Notes: a model not told the origin generated them from the sequence alone. DNA of 64,000 bases from Candidatus Eiseniibacteriota bacterium (GCA_963776245.1 CAVZLN010000003.1:480001-544000), one strand, 5' to 3'. Positions 39,287-55,516 are shown, numbered from the stretch's first letter. A program made the numbers and translations.

Positions 39287-41470
39287 ATGCGGAAGGGTCC
39301 GTGGTGGGGCCGTCGGCACGCACCGGCAGCACGCGTGGACGGGGCGGTGGGGCATGCCAGGCGGGCCGCGCGTCGCGCGCTCGCCCTCGGGCTGGGGCTC
39401 GTGTGGCTCGCGTCGCGCGCGCACGCCGCGGCGATCACGAACGAGGAATGCCTGATGTGCCACGGCGACCGCTCGCTCGTGCGCTCGGCGCCGCGGCCCG
39501 CCACCTCGGTGTACGTCGACGGCGCGGCCGCCGCGCGCTCGGTGCACGGCCGCATGGCCTGCGTGGACTGTCACACCGGGATCCCCGCGGTGCCTCACGC
39601 CGAGGTGCTGAGGAAGCCGCGCTGCGAATCGTGCCACGGCGCCGAGGCGACCGCCATCGCCGGCAGCGTCCACGCGCAGGCGACCGGCAACGGCGGCAAG
39701 GTCGGCTGCGAGGGCTGCCACGGCGTGCACGACATCGCGCCCGCCGCACGCACGGGCGCGCAGTATTGCGCCACCTGCCACGGTGAGATCGTGCGGACGT
39801 ACCGCTCGAGCGTGCACGGCATCGCGCTCGCCCGGGGCGACACCGACGCGTCGAAGTGCCGGGATTGCCATGGCGGCGTGCACCGGGTGAAGTCCCACCT
39901 CGACCCGGCCGCGCCGGTGCACCGCGCGAACCTCGCTGCGACCTGCGCGCGGTGCCACGCGGACCGCGCGCTCATGACCAAGCGCAAGATCGACATCCCC
40001 GAGGCGGTCCAGCTCTACCGCGCGAGCGTGCACGGCCGCTCGAAGAGCGCGAATGCGGCGACCTGCGACGACTGCCACGAGAGCCACGATCTCCGTCCCG
40101 CCGCGGACCCCGCCTCGTCGGTCTACCGCGGCAATATCCCGAAGACCTGCGGACGGTGCCACGCGAAGGAGTCGCGCGCGTACACGCTCGGGGTGCATGG
40201 CCAGGCGCTCGCGCGCGGAGTGACGCGCACCCCGGTGTGCACCGATTGCCACGGCGAGCATCGGATCAGCGGTCCCGGGGACGCCAGCTCGCCGGTCGCC
40301 GCGGGCGGCGTGACGGCGACCTGTTCGTCGTGCCACGAGGCCACCGGGATCCGCGAGACCTTCGGGCTCCCGGCCGGGCGCCTCTCGAGCTACCGGGACT
40401 CCTTCCACGGGCTCGCCGCCCGTGGGGGCTCGCCGGTGGTGGCGAACTGCGCCTCGTGCCATGGCTACCACGACATCCTGCCGTCGTCCGATCCGCGCTC
40501 GACGGTGAGCCCGGCGAACCTGTCGCACACCTGCGGCAAGTGCCACCCGGGCACCGGCGAGGCCTTCGCCCGCGGCTCGGTGCATTCGATCATGACGCGG
40601 GCGGACGAGCCGCTGCTGGCGTGGATCCGCCTCGTCTATCTGTGGCTGATCGGCGGGACCATCGGCGGCATGGCGCTCCACCAGGGGCTCGACTTCGTGC
40701 GGAAGATCCGCGCCCGCTACCGGCAGCACCTGCGCGGGGACGGCCACGGGCACGCGCCCGGCGAGCGCTGGTTCGTGCGCATGACGGGCTTCGAGCGCAT
40801 CCAGCACGTGCTGCTGTTCACCAGCTTCTTCACGCTGGTCTACACGGGCTTCGCCCTGAAGTTCCCCGAGAGCGGGTGGTTCGCCTGGATGGCGCGCATG
40901 GAGCACGGCTACGCGCTGCGCAGCATCATCCATCGCATCGCCGCGGTGGTGCAGGTGGCCACCGCGCTGATCCACGCGGGCTACCTGTTCACCCCGCGCG
41001 GGCGCGGCACGCTCGTCGCGCTGGTGCCCTCGATCCGCGACGCGCGTGAGGCGGCGGCGAACCTGCTCTACCTGAGCGGGCTCGGCAAGGCCCCGCCCGC
41101 GTTCGCGCGCTTCAGCTACATCGAGAAGGCCGAGTACTGGGCCCTGGTGTGGGGCACCGTGGTGATGACCCTCACCGGTCTCGTGCTGTGGTTCGAGAAC
41201 GAGGCGGGGCGGCTGTTCGGCAAGTGGGTGTTCGACGCCGCCACGCTGGTCCACTACTACGAGGCGTGGCTGGCCTTCCTCGCCATCCTGGTGTGGCACA
41301 TCTACCAGAACGTGCTGAACCCGGACGTCTACCCGATGAACTGGACCTGGGTCACCGGGCGCATCAGCGAGGGACAGCTCCGGCACGAGCACGGCGGCGA
41401 ATGGGCGGAGATCCTGGCGAAGGAGCAGGCCGAGGGCCCCGCCGGGCCCGCGCCGCACGACCCGGCCTAG
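39287..41470 (+). CDS. Second CbcL-like fusion: 13-heme cytochrome c plus HyaC/FdnI-type cytochrome b
   Basis: 13 CxxCH; ERIQH, IIHR, FSYIEKAEYWALVWG, VHYYEAWLA...WHIY. Start codon uncertain. Confidence 0.88.
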   Translation: MRKGPWWGRRHAPAARVDGAVGHARRAARRALALGLGLVWLASRAHAAAITNEECLMCHGDRSLVRSAPRPATSVYVDGAAAARSVHGRMACVDCHTGIPAVPHAEVLRKPRCESCHGAEATAIAGSVHAQATGNGGKVGCEGCHGVHDIAPAARTGAQYCATCHGEIVRTYRSSVHGIALARGDTDASKCRDCHGGVHRVKSHLDPAAPVHRANLAATCARCHADRALMTKRKIDIPEAVQLYRASVHGRSKSANAATCDDCHESHDLRPAADPASSVYRGNIPKTCGRCHAKESRAYTLGVHGQALARGVTRTPVCTDCHGEHRISGPGDASSPVAAGGVTATCSSCHEATGIRETFGLPAGRLSSYRDSFHGLAARGGSPVVANCASCHGYHDILPSSDPRSTVSPANLSHTCGKCHPGTGEAFARGSVHSIMTRADEPLLAWIRLVYLWLIGGTIGGMALHQGLDFVRKIRARYRQHLRGDGHGHAPGERWFVRMTGFERIQHVLLFTSFFTLVYTGFALKFPESGWFAWMARMEHGYALRSIIHRIAAVVQVATALIHAGYLFTPRGRGTLVALVPSIRDAREAAANLLYLSGLGKAPPAFARFSYIEKAEYWALVWGTVVMTLTGLVLWFENEAGRLFGKWVFDAATLVHYYEAWLAFLAILVWHIYQNVLNPDVYPMNWTWVTGRISEGQLRHEHGGEWAEILAKEQAEGPAGPAPHDPA

Positions 41471-41600
41471 CCGGAGCCGGCGCGCGGGAGCGCCGGCGCG
41501 CGGCGGGTTTGGCGCCGGGCGCCGCGCTCGCTATCTTGGGCGCGTTCCTGGCCATGGTCCGCGGCGCCGCCCCGGTGCGGGACGAAAGGAGAGTGCCGAC

Positions 41601-42362
41601 GTGATGAATCCAGCGACCCGCTGGTGTTCCGCCTCCGTGATCGCCGTCGGGGTGCTCGCGTCCGCGATGGCCGCGATCGGCGCGGGCACGACCCCTTCGG
41701 CGAGCCAGCTGGCGCGCGGCGAGCGCGCCTACCTGGCCTACTGTGCGATGTGCCACGGCGACAACGGCGCGGGCGATGGCCCGCTGGCGGCCGCCCTCAC
41801 CCGGGAGGCCGCGGCGGTGCCGCTGCGCCTCGACGACGCGACCCGTCTGCAATCGCTCGGGAGCGCGGGCCTGCGGCGCGTGATCACGCTCGGGGGTGCG
41901 CACACGCAGCGCTCGAACATGATGCCGGCGTGGGGCGAGCGGCTGGGCCCGAAGCTCATCGACGACATCGCCACGTTCATCGCGACGCTGCCGGGCCGCC
42001 GGTCCGAGGGTGTGCCTGCGGCGACGCTGCAGAAGTACCTGAGCGCGCCCCGGGGCAGCAGTGACGCGGGGCGCAAACTGTTCGTCTACTACTGCACCTC
42101 GTGCCACGGCCCCTTTGGCAAGGGCGATGGATTCAACGCCGATACGCTGCGCGTGCGCCACAACATCCGGCCGCGCAACCTGACCGACCGGGCCTACATG
42201 GAGAAGCGCTCGGACCAGGACCTCTACGCCGTCATCGCGCTCGGCGGCGGACACCAGGGCAAGTCGAACTTCATGCCCGCCTGGACCTATTCCCTGCAGC
42301 CCGGGCAGATCAAGAGCCTGGTGGCCTACATCCGGACGATCTCGGGCACCACCCCGCATTGA
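41601..42362 (+). CDS. Diheme class I cytochrome c
   Basis: Two domains, CAMCHG...MMPAW and CTSCHG...FMPAW; signal peptide. Confidence 0.88.
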   Translation: MMNPATRWCSASVIAVGVLASAMAAIGAGTTPSASQLARGERAYLAYCAMCHGDNGAGDGPLAAALTREAAAVPLRLDDATRLQSLGSAGLRRVITLGGAHTQRSNMMPAWGERLGPKLIDDIATFIATLPGRRSEGVPAATLQKYLSAPRGSSDAGRKLFVYYCTSCHGPFGKGDGFNADTLRVRHNIRPRNLTDRAYMEKRSDQDLYAVIALGGGHQGKSNFMPAWTYSLQPGQIKSLVAYIRTISGTTPH

Positions 42363-42420
42363 CCGCCGGAAGGTCCCCGGCGGGATGCCCGGACGGCGCC
42401 GTGGGCAACGTCGCTCGCGT

Positions 42421-42837
42421 TCAGGAGAGCGCGGCGCGCCCTTCGCTGGCGGTGCGGCGGCGGCGGACCAGCGCGGCCTGCACCGCCTGGCGCAGTTCAT
42501 CGCCCTCGACCGGGCTGACCGCGTAGTACACGGGCTGCAGCTCGCGCACCATCTTCTCGGTGTGGAGCGAGCCCTCCTCGGCCACCAGCACCACGGGAAG
42601 GTCGGGCAGCAGGCGGCGCACCAGCTGGAGCACCGCGAGGTCGGCCGCCTGCTGGCGGCGGAGGGTGTAGATCAGCACGTCGGGACGATGGTGGACCAGC
42701 TCCTCGATGAGGAGGTCCCGGTTCTCGCCGTGGATCAGGCGAAGGCCCTCGGCGCGGAGAGCGGCACAGACCGATTCGCCCGCTCGATCGGGGCAGAGGC
42801 AGAACACCAGGGCCGGCATCGTCGGCTTCTCCCGCAT
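42421..42837 (-). CDS. Stand-alone atypical receiver (pseudo-REC) domain protein
   Basis: REC-like pattern (RPDVLIYT...PDLPVVLV...YYAVSPV..DEL) without the phospho-Asp or conserved Lys. Could start as far up as 43032. Confidence 0.65.
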   Translation of the reverse strand: MREKPTMPALVFCLCPDRAGESVCAALRAEGLRLIHGENRDLLIEELVHHRPDVLIYTLRRQQAADLAVLQLVRRLLPDLPVVLVAEEGSLHTEKMVRELQPVYYAVSPVEGDELRQAVQAALVRRRRTASEGRAALS

Positions 42838-43126
42838 CGCTTCCACTGCGCGCCCGGCCGCGGCCCCGGACGCCACCCCGCCGACACGCGCTGCGCCTGA
42901 CTGGAATAAAGAGCGGGGCGCCACCTTCAGGACCCCCCACGGCGAGAAGAGCCTTGAACCCCTGGACCCTTCCGCCAAGTCACGAGTGGACACCCCGCCC
43001 CAGAACTCGCTCGCATCGTCGCCTCGCCTCATGGTCCGAGGACCGGCGTCGCTGCGCTGATTTGTCGTTCAGCCTCCCCGTCCCTTGAGGATCGCGAGAG
43101 GCGCCGCTGCGTACACCGATGCATTC

Positions 43127-43142
43127 AGCAACCCGCGTGCCC
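43127..43142 (-). promoter_or_regulatory. Sigma-54 (-24/-12) promoter upstream of the pseudo-receiver gene
   Basis: Minus strand GGGCACGCGGGTTGCT, near-consensus with GG-N10-GC spacing. Confidence 0.7.
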
Positions 43143-43446
43143 GCGTGAAACGATTCTCATGGCGGGCGCAACTTGTTGCGGTGCATGGGAGCGATGGTGC
43201 GGAGGAACGTCCGGGGCTCCCGCCGGATGACGCGTCCGACCTGACAGAACTGCGGCGGGACTGCAAGCCTGACAGGTGAGAAGCGATGAGGCGCTCGCCC
43301 ACCGGGCCGAGACCGCGACCTTCACCCCCCGGGCCGCCCATCCGCGACCCACGGCGGGAGCGCGGCGGCTCGCGCGGCGGGACCGCGTCCGCGGAGGCGT
43401 GACCCCTGCGCGATCGCCGCACCCGGGCGGGCGGGGAGGCGAAGGG

Positions 43447-44800
<1,354 letters not shown>

Positions 44801-44808
<8 letters not shown>

Positions 44809-46017
44809 CACTGCCTCCCGGACCCTGAACGGGCAGGCGCACGACGAACCGCGCCCCCCCGCCGGGCGGGCTCTCCACCCGGATGGTGCCGCCGTGGCGG
44901 CTGACGATGCGCTGCGTGATCGAGAGCCCGAGCCCGGTCCCCTGGCCCACCGGCTTGGTGGTGAAGAACGGGTCCCAGATGCGGTCGAGGTGCTCCGGCG
45001 CGATGCCCGGTCCGTCGTCCTCGACGCCGAGCGCGACCCAGTCGCTCTCGGCGCGCGTGTGACACGGTGAGGATGGCCGCCGCCCGGCATCGCCTGGACC
45101 GCGTTCATCATCAGGTTCATGCACACCCCGCGCATGCCGCCCTCGCGCGCCCAGATCGGCGGGCAGCGCGGGGTCGAGGTCCTCGACCACCTTGCACGCT
45201 GGACTTGCGCGTCTGGAAGCGAGCAGCGACAGCGTGTCGCGCACCGCGCGATTCAGATCCACCCAGCCGGGCCGACCGAGTACGGCTGGGCCAGCAGCAT
45301 GAGCTTGTCGGTGGTCTCGCGGCAGCGTCGCGCCTCCCGCTCGAGCACCTCGAGCACCTCGGACGCCTCGCCGAGGCTCTGCTCGGCCGAAGTCGCCCGC
45401 GCTGGACCCAGCGCTGCAGGCTCTCGACGCCCGCGAGCACCGAGGCGAGCGGGTTGTTGACCTCGTGCGCCACGCCCGCCGCGAGCATGCCGAGCGAGGC
45501 CAGGCGCTCGCTGTGCGAGAGCTGGCTCTCGAGCTTGCTGCGCTCGGAGATGTCGCGCCACACCTGGACCACGTGGGTGACGTGCCCGCCCTCGTCCACC
45601 ACCGGGTTGAACGTGGCCTCCCAGCGCCGCAGCACGCCACTCGGCATCGGGGAGGCTGCGGATGCGGCGCACCGGCCGGCCGTCGTGCAGCACGTCGGCC
45701 GAGGCGCACTCGCCGCAGATCGCGCCAGCGCGGTTCTCGGGGCACTGCAGCGTGTCGCGGCACAGCCCGTGGAGCGTCCATCCGGACTTGATCCCGAACT
45801 CCTCCACGTAGCGGCGATTCGCCGCCACCACGCGCTGCTCCCGGTCCACGACCACCACGGCGTCGCTCAGCGCATCGACCAGGTACGGCAGGATCTGGCG
45901 GACCTGCTCGAGGTCGAATCGCTCGGCGCCCGCGTTCGTCAGCGGGACGAGCGGGATCGACACCGGAGGCACGACGTCGTTGGAGGCGGGCGTGACAGGA
46001 CGGGGCTGCGGGTTCAT
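44801..46017 (-). pseudogene. PAS-domain sensor histidine kinase split by several frameshifts (probably sequencing errors)
   Basis: PAS ([16 protein letters not shown]), H-box ([13 protein letters not shown]), N-box ([10 protein letters not shown]) and G-boxes ([20 protein letters not shown]) fall in different frames. Confidence 0.85.
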
Positions 46018-46167
46018 GGGAGGTCCTCGAGAACCCTGACAGATTGGCAGGATTGCCGCCCCGACGCAAGCGACCCGGTCGCGATGGTCGCTGGAGAACC
46101 CTTGTGGCGACTGGCGCTTCCACCCGCGCGCCGGTCCCGTCGGGGACCGGAAGAGACCGGCGGCCGC

Positions 46168-46407
46168 CTAGGTACGGCGGAGTTCGCGCTCGGCCTGCAG
46201 CCAGTGCTCGAGCGACCGCCCGTGCCGGCCGTCGCGCAGGAAGATCTCGTAGGCGCGGCGTTCGATCTCCTCGTGCGCGGGCGCTCCCCCGGTCACGGCG
46301 ATCCGCGGCGCGCGGGTGGTGCGGCGGCGCGGCGCGGTGCCCCCCGCGGTCTTCGCACGGGAGGGGGTGCGCGTGCGAGCGGAGGGCGTCTTCTCCGAGC
46401 GGCTCAT
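46168..46407 (-). CDS. DUF2934-like small protein
   Basis: Basic N-terminus plus [11 protein letters not shown]...[17 protein letters not shown]. Confidence 0.75.
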   Translation of the reverse strand: MSRSEKTPSARTRTPSRAKTAGGTAPRRRTTRAPRIAVTGGAPAHEEIERRAYEIFLRDGRHGRSLEHWLQAERELRRT

Positions 46408-46944
46408 CGTCGGGGTGACTCCTTTCGTCGCGACGGGCAGGCACGGACTGGCGACCTTCCACTCAGAGGTCGCGGGCGCCTGGGCGCGCCTGCCCCTTCG
46501 ATCAGCGACCGCGACAGGATTGCAGGGATCGGCTCGTCTGACAAGTCCCCTCCGCCCTCCGACGCCGGAGCGCGCGTCGACATCGCGGAGCGCGCGCGAC
46601 GGCGCCGGGCGCGCGCCGGTGGCTCGTTTCACTCCCGGATTTCCAGCATGCGATGGATGTCGCGTTCGCGCGTGCGGTTCCCGCGTGCGGATTCCGCGGC
46701 GAAAAAATCCTGTTGCCGAACGCGCCGCGAGCGGGCATAACACTCGATACCGTTCGCCGTGATCGACTCCTCGCAGGCGGACGGGATGCACCTTCCCACA
46801 CGCCATCGACACCGCGCAGCACGCAGTCGTCGGAGCGGGCCAGACCGGGCCGGCGAGGAAGTCTCGTCTCTCGAATCGCCGCCGCGGCCTGGCAGCGGAC
46901 CATGGAGGGGTGCCGCGTCCAGCGAGGACCAGGGAGGTCCCCAA

Positions 46945-50125
<3,181 letters not shown>

Positions 50126-50153
50126 TCGCTCGCTCGCGATAGGGGAGCGCGCA

Positions 50154-50179
50154 CGGGCGGGACCTCCGGGTTCCGCCCG
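50154..50179 (+). terminator. GC-rich hairpin after nrdJ
   Basis: CGGGCGGGACC-TCCG-GGTTCCGCCCG; no U tract. Confidence 0.35.
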
Positions 50180-50244
50180 GCGCGTCGGTGGCCGGCGCGC
50201 CGGCGCTTGCCGCGCGGACGGCGCATCGGGCAGAGTCCCGCCCC

Positions 50245-51369
<1,125 letters not shown>

Positions 51370-51396
51370 CGGCGGGCGCGGGCCCGCACGGCGGGG

Positions 51397-52764
51397 CTAG
51401 GCCGCGGCGAGGTCGGGCAACTGACGATCGACCTCGGCGGCGAGGGCGTCGAGGGCCAGCGGGCACAGCCCGGTGCCGCGGTCCTTCTCCATCAGGCGCA
51501 GCGCCACGTCGTCCGGCAGGGCCGGGCGATAAGGGCGGGCCGCGGTGAGCGCCTCGAAGATGTCCGCCACCGCGAGCACGCGCGATTCCACCGCCAGCGC
51601 CTCGGCGCGCAATCCGCGATGATATCCGCGCCCGTCGAGTCGCTCGTGATGCGAGCCCGCGATGCGCGCGAGGTGGCGGAAGCCACGCACGTGCTCGAGG
51701 ATGCGCTGGGTGTAGTACGGATGCATGCGCACCGCGTCCCACTCCGCGCTGTTGAGCGGTCCGGCCTTGTCGAGGATCGCGTTCGGCAGCGCCAGCTTGC
51801 CGATGTCGTGGAGCAGCGCCGCCCGCCGGAGATCGTCGCGCGATTCCCGCGACAGGCCGAGCTGCTCCGCGAGCCCCATCGCGATCCCGGTGACGCGGCG
51901 CGAATGCTCCGCGGTGAAGGGGGACTTTGCATCCACGACGTCCGCGAATCCCTGCGCGATGCGGTCGAGGGTGCCGGGGCCGGCGATGAGGGACGCCCGG
52001 CCGGGCTCTGCCTCGCCCACCGCGTCGTGCAGCGCATGCCCGCCCAGCGCCAGCGCCTCGACCACGTCGGGCTCGAGGCCACGACAGGCCTCCACCACCA
52101 TCGGGTCGAACCACCGTCCGCCCTTCGCGCGCACCATCTGGAGCGCGAGCGCGGCGCCGCCGGCGGTGGCGTGGATCTCGATCGCCTGGGCCACCGCCAT
52201 GACGCGCGCGAGCACCGGGATGGCCGCGCCGGCGTACGCGCCCGGCTGGCCGCTGCCGTCCCAGCGCTCGTCGAGCGCGCGCACGGCGGCCGCGGCGCGC
52301 GCGCCGAGCCCCATGCGTTCGACCAGCGCGCCGCCGTTCGCGCTGCGGGTCTCGACCATCCCCGCGGCGGCCGCCGCTCCGTCGTGCACCAGCGTGAGCG
52401 CGCGACGCGCCCGCTGAAGCCACGAGCGGCCGCGGGTGTCGAGCGCCAGCGCCACGCGCGCGGCGCCGAGCCCGCGCGTGCCATCCACGCGGCGCAGCCC
52501 ATGGAGCGCCTCGTGATCGTCGCCGCCGAACAATTCGAACACGCGCGCGGAGCGGCTCGAGCCGCCGATGTCCTTGAGCATGAGCGCGTAGTAGAGGTCG
52601 CGCTGCTCGATCAACGGCAGATCGAGACGCTGCGCGATCCGCATGCCGATGAGGCAGCTGCGCATCGCGTGTCCCATCGGCTGGCTCTCCGCGAGATCGA
52701 GCGCGAACGAGAGCGCGGCGAGGACCTCGGAGACCCGGACGGCCTCGGTGTCGTGGTCGGTCAT
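51397..52764 (-). CDS. Tandem HD/HD-GYP phosphohydrolase
   Basis: Degenerate N-terminal HD (LKDIG, ERWDGSG) and intact C-terminal LLHDIGK...HHERLDGRGY...VADIFEALT.RPYR. Confidence 0.88.
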   Translation of the reverse strand: MTDHDTEAVRVSEVLAALSFALDLAESQPMGHAMRSCLIGMRIAQRLDLPLIEQRDLYYALMLKDIGGSSRSARVFELFGGDDHEALHGLRRVDGTRGLGAARVALALDTRGRSWLQRARRALTLVHDGAAAAAGMVETRSANGGALVERMGLGARAAAAVRALDERWDGSGQPGAYAGAAIPVLARVMAVAQAIEIHATAGGAALALQMVRAKGGRWFDPMVVEACRGLEPDVVEALALGGHALHDAVGEAEPGRASLIAGPGTLDRIAQGFADVVDAKSPFTAEHSRRVTGIAMGLAEQLGLSRESRDDLRRAALLHDIGKLALPNAILDKAGPLNSAEWDAVRMHPYYTQRILEHVRGFRHLARIAGSHHERLDGRGYHRGLRAEALAVESRVLAVADIFEALTAARPYRPALPDDVALRLMEKDRGTGLCPLALDALAAEVDRQLPDLAAA

Positions 52765-53041
52765 GGAAGGGCGCACACCGCCTACATCGGCCGGCGGGCC
52801 GGATGTCGCGAGTTGCAAGGTGCCCTGCGCGTTGCGCCGCGCACGGCCGTCCGGTGCCGGACGGCCGACGCCTGCCGTCTCGCCCCCGCGGCCACCCGGG
52901 CCATGATGACTGGCGCCGCCCGGGAGCGGCGGCATACACTGAAGATGGCATCGATACCGCACTTCCGGCCCCGATCCGGTCCGTGGACGCTCACGGCCGG
53001 GCGCGGTCGGGCCCTGCTCGTCACCCTGCCCAGGAGTCTCC

Positions 53042-55027
53042 ATGGCCCCCGCGCGCTGGAGCGCGTCCCGGCAGCTCGCGCTGCTCCTCACCGTTCTCGC
53101 GGTGTCCGTGTCCACGCCTGCCCACGCGCTCAAGGTGGCGACGTGGAACCTCTGGCAGTACCCCACGAGCCTGCTCTCCACGCGCCAGCCCAACATGCGG
53201 ATCGTGATGGCCGGGCTCGATCCGGACGTCATCATGGTGCAGGAGCTCGACAACGGGAACGGCGCGGCGGCGACCGACACGTTCCTCAACGTGCTGCGCG
53301 CGGCGCTGCCCGCCCGGGTGTGGAAGACCCATGGCTACTTCGCCAGTTCCGAGAGCGCGATCTACTGGGACTCCCTCAAGGTGAACGTCACCGACGTCAC
53401 GTCCCTCGTCGTCGGATCCTACCGGACCGTCCTGCGGGGCACGGTGAAGCCGCTCGGCTATGTGTCGAACCAGTCGTGGTTCCGGCTCTATTCGTTCCAC
53501 CTGAAGGCCGGCAACACGCCCGCCGACGCGACCACGCGCGCCGCCGAGTGCTCGAACCTGCGCGCTTCGATCAACACGGCGAGCGTGCCCGTATGGGGCC
53601 CGAACTTCCTGGTCGGCGGGGACTCGAACTTCTACACCGCCGACGAGCAGGGCTACATCAACCTCACCCAATCGGGGACCAACAACAACGGGCGCTCCAA
53701 GGACCCGCTCACCATGCCGGGCAACTGGCACATCAACGTGAACTACGCGATCCACATGTCGCAGTGTCCGTGCAACACCGGCTGCCTCGCGGGCTTCTCG
53801 GGCGGCGGGCTGGACGACCGCTTCGATCTCCTCATGTCCGCGTATGCGATGCAGGACGGTCAAGGGCTCGACCTGGTCCCGGCCGCCAGCGGGGGCTACG
53901 GCGCGTACGGCAACGACGGCTTCCACTTCAACGCCAACATCGACGACTTCACCAATTACGCGGTCGGCAACGTCATCGCGACCGCGCTCAAGAACGCCTC
54001 CGACCACATCCCGGTGTTCGCCATCGTGCAATTGCCGTCCAAGGTGGTGGCAGCCTCGGCGCTCGACTTCGGCAGCGTGCTGGTGGGCGCCGCCGCGGCG
54101 CAGTCCTTCGCGGTCTCGAACGGCGCGGTGGCGCCCGCCGACGGGCTCACCTATACGCTCACCGCGCCGGCCGGCTTCACCGCCCCGGCCGGGACCTTCG
54201 AGGCCGCGGCCGGTGCGGCCGCGAACGCCCACGAACTCGGCATGGACACCGTCGTGCGGGGCGGCCGGAGCGGGGTGCTCGTGGTCGCCAGCGACGCCCC
54301 CGACTCGCTCGCCAAGAACGTCCTGCTCTCCGGCACCGTGCTGTCGCACGCCGTGCCCTCGCTCGACTCGCTCACGGTGGTGGTGCGTGACACGCTCGAT
54401 CTCGGCGCGCAGTTGTCGGGCGCGTTCACCGACGGCGCGGTACGCGTGCACGATCAGGCCTGGGACGCGCTCACGGCGCGCCTCGCGGTGAGCGGCGCGA
54501 ACCTCGCGGGCGGCGCCGGGCGATTCACGCTCGTGGGAGGCTTCACGCCCGTCCTGCTCGGCGACACCGGCCACACCTGGAACGTGCACTTCGACGACGC
54601 CGGCGCCGCCACCGACACCACGTACGAAGCCACGCTCACCTTCACCGGCTCCGACGAGCCGCTGCCGGGAGCGACCGCGGCCCCCGACCTCACCGTGCTG
54701 CTGCGCGCGCACCCGCTGCCCGGGACGGGCGGCATGGGAAGCGGACCGCTCGCGCTGCGCTTCACCCCCGCGCGCCCCAACCCATTCAGCGCCGCGACGC
54801 GATTCGGGTTCGAACTGCCGCACGCCGCGCCGGTCACGCTCGACGTGTTCGACCTCACCGGTCGCCGCGTGGCGAGCCTCGCTCGGGGAGAGTTCGGCGC
54901 CGGACGCCACGAGGTGGACTGGAACGGGCTCGAGGGTTCCGGGGCGCGTGCGCCCGCCGGGCTCTACTTCGTGCGCTTCACCACCCCCGGCCTCATCCGC
55001 ACCAACCGCCTCGCCCTGCTTCCCTGA
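53042..55027 (+). CDS. Secreted endonuclease/exonuclease/phosphatase-family protein with Ig-like and FlgD/T9SS-like C-terminal domains
   Basis: Signal peptide; VATWN, MVQE, HLKA, GGDSN, RFD, SDHIPV; C-terminal PNPF...FDLTGRRV...WNG...GLYFVR. Confidence 0.85.
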   Translation: MAPARWSASRQLALLLTVLAVSVSTPAHALKVATWNLWQYPTSLLSTRQPNMRIVMAGLDPDVIMVQELDNGNGAAATDTFLNVLRAALPARVWKTHGYFASSESAIYWDSLKVNVTDVTSLVVGSYRTVLRGTVKPLGYVSNQSWFRLYSFHLKAGNTPADATTRAAECSNLRASINTASVPVWGPNFLVGGDSNFYTADEQGYINLTQSGTNNNGRSKDPLTMPGNWHINVNYAIHMSQCPCNTGCLAGFSGGGLDDRFDLLMSAYAMQDGQGLDLVPAASGGYGAYGNDGFHFNANIDDFTNYAVGNVIATALKNASDHIPVFAIVQLPSKVVAASALDFGSVLVGAAAAQSFAVSNGAVAPADGLTYTLTAPAGFTAPAGTFEAAAGAAANAHELGMDTVVRGGRSGVLVVASDAPDSLAKNVLLSGTVLSHAVPSLDSLTVVVRDTLDLGAQLSGAFTDGAVRVHDQAWDALTARLAVSGANLAGGAGRFTLVGGFTPVLLGDTGHTWNVHFDDAGAATDTTYEATLTFTGSDEPLPGATAAPDLTVLLRAHPLPGTGGMGSGPLALRFTPARPNPFSAATRFGFELPHAAPVTLDVFDLTGRRVASLARGEFGAGRHEVDWNGLEGSGARAPAGLYFVRFTTPGLIRTNRLALLP

Positions 55028-55227
55028 CCGGCGACGTCCGCGGGCCCGCGATCGACGGGCGCGTGTCCGACGCACGCCAGCACCGGCAGTCGGGGGTAGC
55101 GCGCGAAGCGCGGGTCGGAGGCGGCGCGTTCGCACAGCACGAAGACGCTGCGCGGTGTCACGACCTTCCGTGCGTACCGACAGTCGCCGCAGCATCCGGG
55201 CGGCGGGGGCGGATCGGATGGGTTCAT
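54964..55227 (-). CDS. Small Cys-rich hypothetical protein (possible metal binder)
   Basis: CGDC...FVLC...DPRFARYPRLPVLAC. Overlaps the 3' end of the opposite-strand gene. Confidence 0.5.
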   Translation of the reverse strand: MNPSDPPPPPGCCGDCRYARKVVTPRSVFVLCERAASDPRFARYPRLPVLACVGHAPVDRGPADVAGQGSRARRLVRMRPGVVKRTK

Positions 55228-55516
55228 GTCCCCATCTGATGCGCGGATGGGCCCAGCGGCCGAGCCGGCCGAGTCGGCCGGGCCGCGGGCGGGCCGGCGG
55301 CCGGCCCTGACCGCCGACGGCGCCGTGTCGGAGCGTGGACCGTCGCCGTCACCCGATGGCGGGACCGAACCCGTTGCGGCGCAGGCGGGTCATGGACCGG
55401 CTGTCGGCCCGCCTTACGATTCCGCGGCGGCGGCGGCGTCCGCGGGAGTGCCGCACGAGGGCCCGGGATGTCCGAGGGCCCTTGGACTCTGGGGGTTAGG
55501 GGAACGACCGCATGGC

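Noticed and set aside
46700..46944. NrdR boxes or a cobalamin riboswitch upstream of nrdJ
   Set aside because: No convincing NrdR consensus or B12-box could be identified by eye.
55240..55340. GC-rich short inverted repeats
   Set aside because: Low-complexity GGCC/CCGG runs expected by chance at this GC content.
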